From contig CAVVXN010000003.1 in the NCBI GenBank assembly GCA_963752285.1, positions 224,001 through 288,000 of the forward strand: 64,000 bases of DNA, written 5' to 3'. Below are positions 60,176 to 64,000 of the stretch, piece after piece. Made by a program: the position numbers and the translations under genes. The stretch is from an uncultured Planctomycetota bacterium (GTDB taxonomy: Bacteria > Planctomycetota > PLA2 > JAEUHO01). Each line of letters starts with the position of its first letter. The stretch's first letter is position 1. The notes beneath the pieces were generated by a model. It was not told the DNA's origin. It was given only the letters and a program-made list of their open reading frames with translations, and made no database searches.

Positions 60176-60860
60176 TCACCCCGCGCGGAGGGGGCGCCGT
60201 CGGCGCCGCAGGAGGGCCGCGGCGCCGAGGCCCAGGAGGAGGATCGTCGGGGGCTCGGGGACCGGAGCCGTCGCGCCCGTGAAGGAGAGGGTCAGCGCGC
60301 CCGCCCCGGTCCGCGTGCCGTTGTACGCATTCGTCGCGAGGTAGTCGTCGGAGCGGAGGCGGTCGTCCCGGCCCGCGACCAGGGAGCCCGTGAGGAGGCT
60401 CGCGGCGGGCGCCGGGTTCCGCGCGCGAAGAGGACCGACCCGCCGGCGACTCCGCTCCGTCGCGCCGTGACCGGCGCGTGCGCGAGAGAGCGGCGGTTGT
60501 CGTCCGCCCGCGGACGCGGAGCGCCGGGCCGGCTCGCGCGCCATCGCTTCTCGGCACACCGTCTCGATCTCGATCGAGCCCGACCGCGCCCGGCTCCGCG
60601 GCCGCAGCGGGTCCCGGTGGAGGAACGCGTCGCGAAGCGCCTGGATGGGATCACCCTGGAACGGAGGCCGGCCCGTGAGGATCTCGTAGAGGAGCACGCC
60701 GAGCCCGCACACGTCGCTTCGTCCGTCGATGGAGTCGGCGTCCCCTTGGACCTGCTCCGGCGACAGGTAGGCGGGCGTGCCGAGCAGCGGTCCCTCGCGT
60801 GTCGGTGTCGTGGACTGCGCGGCCCGTCGGGCGAGGCCGAAGTCGACGAGGAGCGCCGCG
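60176..60860 (-). pseudogene. Chimeric remnant: Ser/Thr kinase C-lobe fragment in frame with a PEP-CTERM tail
   Basis: LLVDFGLAR...LLGTPAYLSPEQ...DGRSDV.GLGVLLYEILTGRPPF..., ending VPEPPTILLLGLGAAALLRRRRR; no N-lobe, no HRD loop, no start codon upstream of DFG. Confidence 0.7.
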
Positions 60861-60988
60861 TCCTCCTCCCATGTCGGGAGGGGCGGACCCAGGCGGCCAT
60901 CGCGATCGAGGTCGGATGCCGCGAACGGACCGTCCGCCGGCTCCTGAACGCCCCGGAGTCCCGGTTCCGCGGCCGGCTCCGGCCCTGA
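60843..60988 (+). pseudogene. ECF sigma region-4 HTH fragment
   Basis: VDEERRVLL..REGRTQAAIAIEVGCRERTVRRLL in the frame of ORF 60467..60988. Confidence 0.55.
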
Positions 60989-61020
60989 GGCGGCGGGGCC
61001 CCGTGCGTAGGATGGAGGGG

Positions 61021-61845
61021 ATGGTCCCCGACCCGCCCTCCCGCGCCGGCGCGGCGCTCGCGTACGCGATCTCCGCGCTGACCACGCTGCTCTGGTTCGC
61101 CTGCGTCCTGCCCGCGGGTCCCATCGTGGCCGGGCACGCGTTCGACGCCGCGACGCCGATGTACCGCGAGGCCTGGCTCCTCGTCCCCGCGCTCCTCCTC
61201 CTGATCATCATGCCCGTGGGCATCGTGCTCTCGCAGTCGCGCGTCGGCCGGCTCGCGGTGCTCGCGGGGACCGACACGTTCGTCGCCGGGTACGCGGGAC
61301 TCGTCCTCGTGGGTCGCGGCAACATCCGGGGCGACGTCTCGGCGCTGCTCGTCGCGATGATGCTCTTCCTCGCCTTCCTCTCGCTCGCCGAGGTGGTGCG
61401 TCTGCTCCGCGCGGGCGACGAGGGCGCGGGCGGGCCGCTCCTCAAGGGCGTTCGCTTCGCGATCGCGCTTCTCGCGCTCCTCATGCCCGCCGGGGTGCTG
61501 GTGCTCGACGGGCGCGAGCTCGCGAGCCTGCTCGCTCCGTTCGTCGTGGTGGCCGTGGGGAGCGGCGGCTCGACGCTCGCGCGCGCCCCGCTGGGGCTCC
61601 GGTTCACCGCGTCGCTCGTCCACGCGCTCCTCGCGACCCACCTCGTGGTCACGCTGAGGTACACGCTCTTCGACGCGGAGCCCGCGTTCACCCGCATCAC
61701 GATCGCGGGGTGGGTCACGCTCGGCCTGGCCATCCTGATCCTGCTCCTCGCGCTCGTCCAGGCGCTGCGTCTCTACCGCCGCTACCGCCGGCTGCGCGTC
61801 GAGGCCGCGGCCCTGGGGCCGGCCTCGCCGGCGCCCGCCGCGTGA
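61021..61845 (+). CDS. Multi-pass membrane protein
   Basis: About 8 hydrophobic segments; TAGGAT 7 nt before ATG; GTGA overlap with next gene. Confidence 0.75.
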   Translation: MVPDPPSRAGAALAYAISALTTLLWFACVLPAGPIVAGHAFDAATPMYREAWLLVPALLLLIIMPVGIVLSQSRVGRLAVLAGTDTFVAGYAGLVLVGRGNIRGDVSALLVAMMLFLAFLSLAEVVRLLRAGDEGAGGPLLKGVRFAIALLALLMPAGVLVLDGRELASLLAPFVVVAVGSGGSTLARAPLGLRFTASLVHALLATHLVVTLRYTLFDAEPAFTRITIAGWVTLGLAILILLLALVQALRLYRRYRRLRVEAAALGPASPAPAA

Positions 61846-63275
61846 GCGACGCCGCGCGCGCGCGCGACGCCGAGGGCCGAACGAGGGACCGCGCGGGCCT
61901 CGACCGGAAGATCGTCGCGCTCGCCGTGCCCGCGGCCGGCAGCGCGATGCTGCTGGTCCTCCTGGCGTGGATCGACATGTACTGGGTCGGGCCCCTCGGG
62001 ACCGACGCGCTCGCCGCCCTCGCGATCGCGAGCGTGTCGGTGTGGATGTTCGCGGCGCTCGGCGCCCTGGTCGGAACGGGCGTCACCGCGCTCGTCGCGC
62101 GCTACGTCGGGGTGGGGCGAGAGGACGCCGCGGCCTACGTGGGCTTCCAGGGCCTCCTCGGGGCCGTCGCGTTCGGCCTGGCGACGGGCGCCGCGGGCCT
62201 CGTGCTCGCACCTGCGATCTACGACGTGTCGAACGCGGCGCCGCGGGTCGCCGCGATGGGTGTCGTGTACACGCGGATCTACTGGGGCGGGGGCGCGCTG
62301 ATCCTGCTCGCGCAGGCCGCCGACGCGGTGTTCCGAGGGCACGGCAACACGCGCGTCCCGTTCGCCGCCGGCCTCGTCGCGCTCGTGCTGAACGCGGTCC
62401 TCGACCCGCTCCTGATCCGCGGCGTCGGGCCGATCCCGGAGATGGGCGTCGCGGGCGCCGCCGCGGCGACGCTCCTCGCGACCGGCGTCGCCGCGGGGCT
62501 GGTCGTCCTGCGACTCGCACGACGGGGCTTCCTCCTCCGTGCCCGTCCGGACGACGATCGCCTCCGCTTCGTCCCCACCACGCCGCTCGGTCGTCCCGGC
62601 CTCCTCGGGATCGACCGCGTGGTCTTCCGCCGGATGTCGCGCGTCGGCGCGCCGATGGCGGTGGGAGGGCTCGTCTTCACGGGCATCACGCTGGGCATGC
62701 ACAACGTCGCCGGCCGCGTCGGCGGCGCCGCGGCGCAGGCCGGCCTCGGCGTGGGCCACCGCGGCGAGGGCGTGGCGTACGTGCTCTGCCTCGGCTGGGC
62801 CGCGGCGGCGTCGGCGCTGGTCGGCCAGGCCCTCGGCGCGGGCCGCCCGGACCAGGCGGCGCGGACCGCCTGGCGCGCCGTCCTCCACGCGGCGCTGCTC
62901 AGCGCGCTCTGGGGCGTGCTCCTGTGGGGCGCGGCCGACGACGTCGCCGGCCTCCTCACCGGCTTCGACCCCGCCGACGCCGCGGCGCGCGCGCACGCGA
63001 TCTCGTACTTCCGCATCGTGGCGCCCTGCCTGGCCCCGCAGGCGGTGGAGCTGGTGCTCGACGGCGCGTTCGGCGGCGCGGGGCTGACGCTCCCTCCGAT
63101 GATCATCTCGACCGTCTTCGCCGCGGTGCGGATCCCGCTCGCGTTCCTCTTCGCCGATCGCCTGGGATACGGGGCGCCGGCCATCTGGACCGTCATCGCC
63201 GTGACGGCCGCGCTCCGCGGCCTCGTCGCCGGACTCTGGTTCGCGCGCGGGACGTGGAAGACCCGGACGGTGTGA
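61842..63275 (+). CDS. MATE family efflux transporter
   Basis: LAVP..., D.YWVG.LG..ALAA, FRGHGNTRVP, NAVLDPLLI.G....PEMGVAGAAAAT, GQALGAG, F.RG.WK. Confidence 0.9.
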   Translation: MSDAARARDAEGRTRDRAGLDRKIVALAVPAAGSAMLLVLLAWIDMYWVGPLGTDALAALAIASVSVWMFAALGALVGTGVTALVARYVGVGREDAAAYVGFQGLLGAVAFGLATGAAGLVLAPAIYDVSNAAPRVAAMGVVYTRIYWGGGALILLAQAADAVFRGHGNTRVPFAAGLVALVLNAVLDPLLIRGVGPIPEMGVAGAAAATLLATGVAAGLVVLRLARRGFLLRARPDDDRLRFVPTTPLGRPGLLGIDRVVFRRMSRVGAPMAVGGLVFTGITLGMHNVAGRVGGAAAQAGLGVGHRGEGVAYVLCLGWAAAASALVGQALGAGRPDQAARTAWRAVLHAALLSALWGVLLWGAADDVAGLLTGFDPADAAARAHAISYFRIVAPCLAPQAVELVLDGAFGGAGLTLPPMIISTVFAAVRIPLAFLFADRLGYGAPAIWTVIAVTAALRGLVAGLWFARGTWKTRTV

Positions 63276-63334
63276 GCGATAGCACGCGGGCTCGGCACGC
63301 GGACGACGGGCGCGGGGCCGGTAGGATCTGGCCG

Positions 63335-64000
63335 ATGTGCCGTCGGCTCCTCGTCGCCGTCCCGCTCGTCCTCGGCGTCGTGGTCCTCGCGGCCCTCCTC
63401 GCGCCCCCATTCCAGCACGTGGGCGTCGCGTGGGGGCTCACGACGCCGGAGCGGTTTCCGAAGCTCGTGCGGCGGATCCTCGTGGTGGGCCTCGTCGCCC
63501 TCGTGCTGGCCGCGTTCCGGCCCTGGCGCGAAGGCGGCCTCGGCTCGTACGGGCTCGTGGGGCCCCGGGCACGCCTCGTGACGCCCGCATTCGCGTGGTC
63601 CGCCACTGTGATCGTGATGCTCGGGATCCTCACTGTGCACCTCGCGACCGGCTGGCTCGTGGTGGACGACCCGGTGGACACCCACGAGGTCGTGAAGCGG
63701 CTCTGGCGCTGGTTCCTCCTCGGCTGGACGATCGCGCTCGCCGAGGAGTGGTTCTTCCGCGGCTGGATGGACCGCCGGTTCCAGCGGTTCCTGACGCCGC
63801 GTCGCTCCGCGCTCCTGGTGGCCGGCGTCTTCGCCTTCCTCCACGTCTTCGAGGGCGAGATCGACCCGACGGGCATCGAGCCGACCGTGCTCGGCGCGTT
63901 CGAGTCGATGGCGCGCTGGTTCGGACGGTTCCTCGAGTTCCAAACGCTCGTGCCGTCGCTCGTCGGGCTCTTCCTCTTCAGTCTGGTCCTCACGGCGGTG
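63335..64000 (+). CDS. CPBP family intramembrane glutamic endopeptidase (runs off window)
   Basis: Manual translation MCRRLLVAVP...ALAEEWFFRGW...VFAFLH, i.e. EExxFRG and FxxxH motifs. Confidence 0.8.
   Translation, partial: MCRRLLVAVPLVLGVVVLAALLAPPFQHVGVAWGLTTPERFPKLVRRILVVGLVALVLAAFRPWREGGLGSYGLVGPRARLVTPAFAWSATVIVMLGILTVHLATGWLVVDDPVDTHEVVKRLWRWFLLGWTIALAEEWFFRGWMDRRFQRFLTPRRSALLVAGVFAFLHVFEGEIDPTGIEPTVLGAFESMARWFGRFLEFQTLVPSLVGLFLFSLVLTAV

Overview
Very GC-rich bacterial chromosomal segment, most likely from Planctomycetota (inferred from the ClpC N-terminus [13 protein letters not shown], mcsA-mcsB without ctsR, a YdjY-type protein, a stand-alone murD and ECF/STK/PEP-CTERM remnants). 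Layout: (1) 1-8 kb, minus-strand housekeeping run (trpS, clpC, YdjY-like, membrane protein, inositol-3-phosphate synthase, Na+/H+-antiporter-type transporter). (2) 8-25 kb, accessory block: DUF192, DinB, an 8-CxxCH multiheme cytochrome, two tandem near-identical 1524-aa Ig-domain lipoproteins, an orphan T4-gp19/eCIS-type tail-tube protein carrying an N-terminal export signal, then gnd-zwf-pgl. (3) 25-31 kb: GNAT, mcsB, mcsA, murD, PEGA, YkgJ and a eukaryote-like fatty-acid 2-hydroxylase. (4) 31-59.3 kb, large Wzx/Wzy exopolysaccharide locus of PEP-CTERM/XrtA type with many decorating enzymes and an embedded ECF sigma/anti-sigma module. (5) 59.3-64 kb: hypotheticals, a chimeric STK/PEP-CTERM/ECF remnant, a MATE transporter and a CPBP protease. 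Best novelty candidate: the signal-peptide-bearing tail-tube gene and the duplicated giant lipoproteins upstream of it, the second of which has Fur-like boxes. Several single-base frameshifts (clpC x2, cytochrome, pgl, DUF192) probably reflect long-read errors. No rRNA, tRNA, CRISPR array or transposase was recognised. All family calls come from motifs read by eye; no searches were run.
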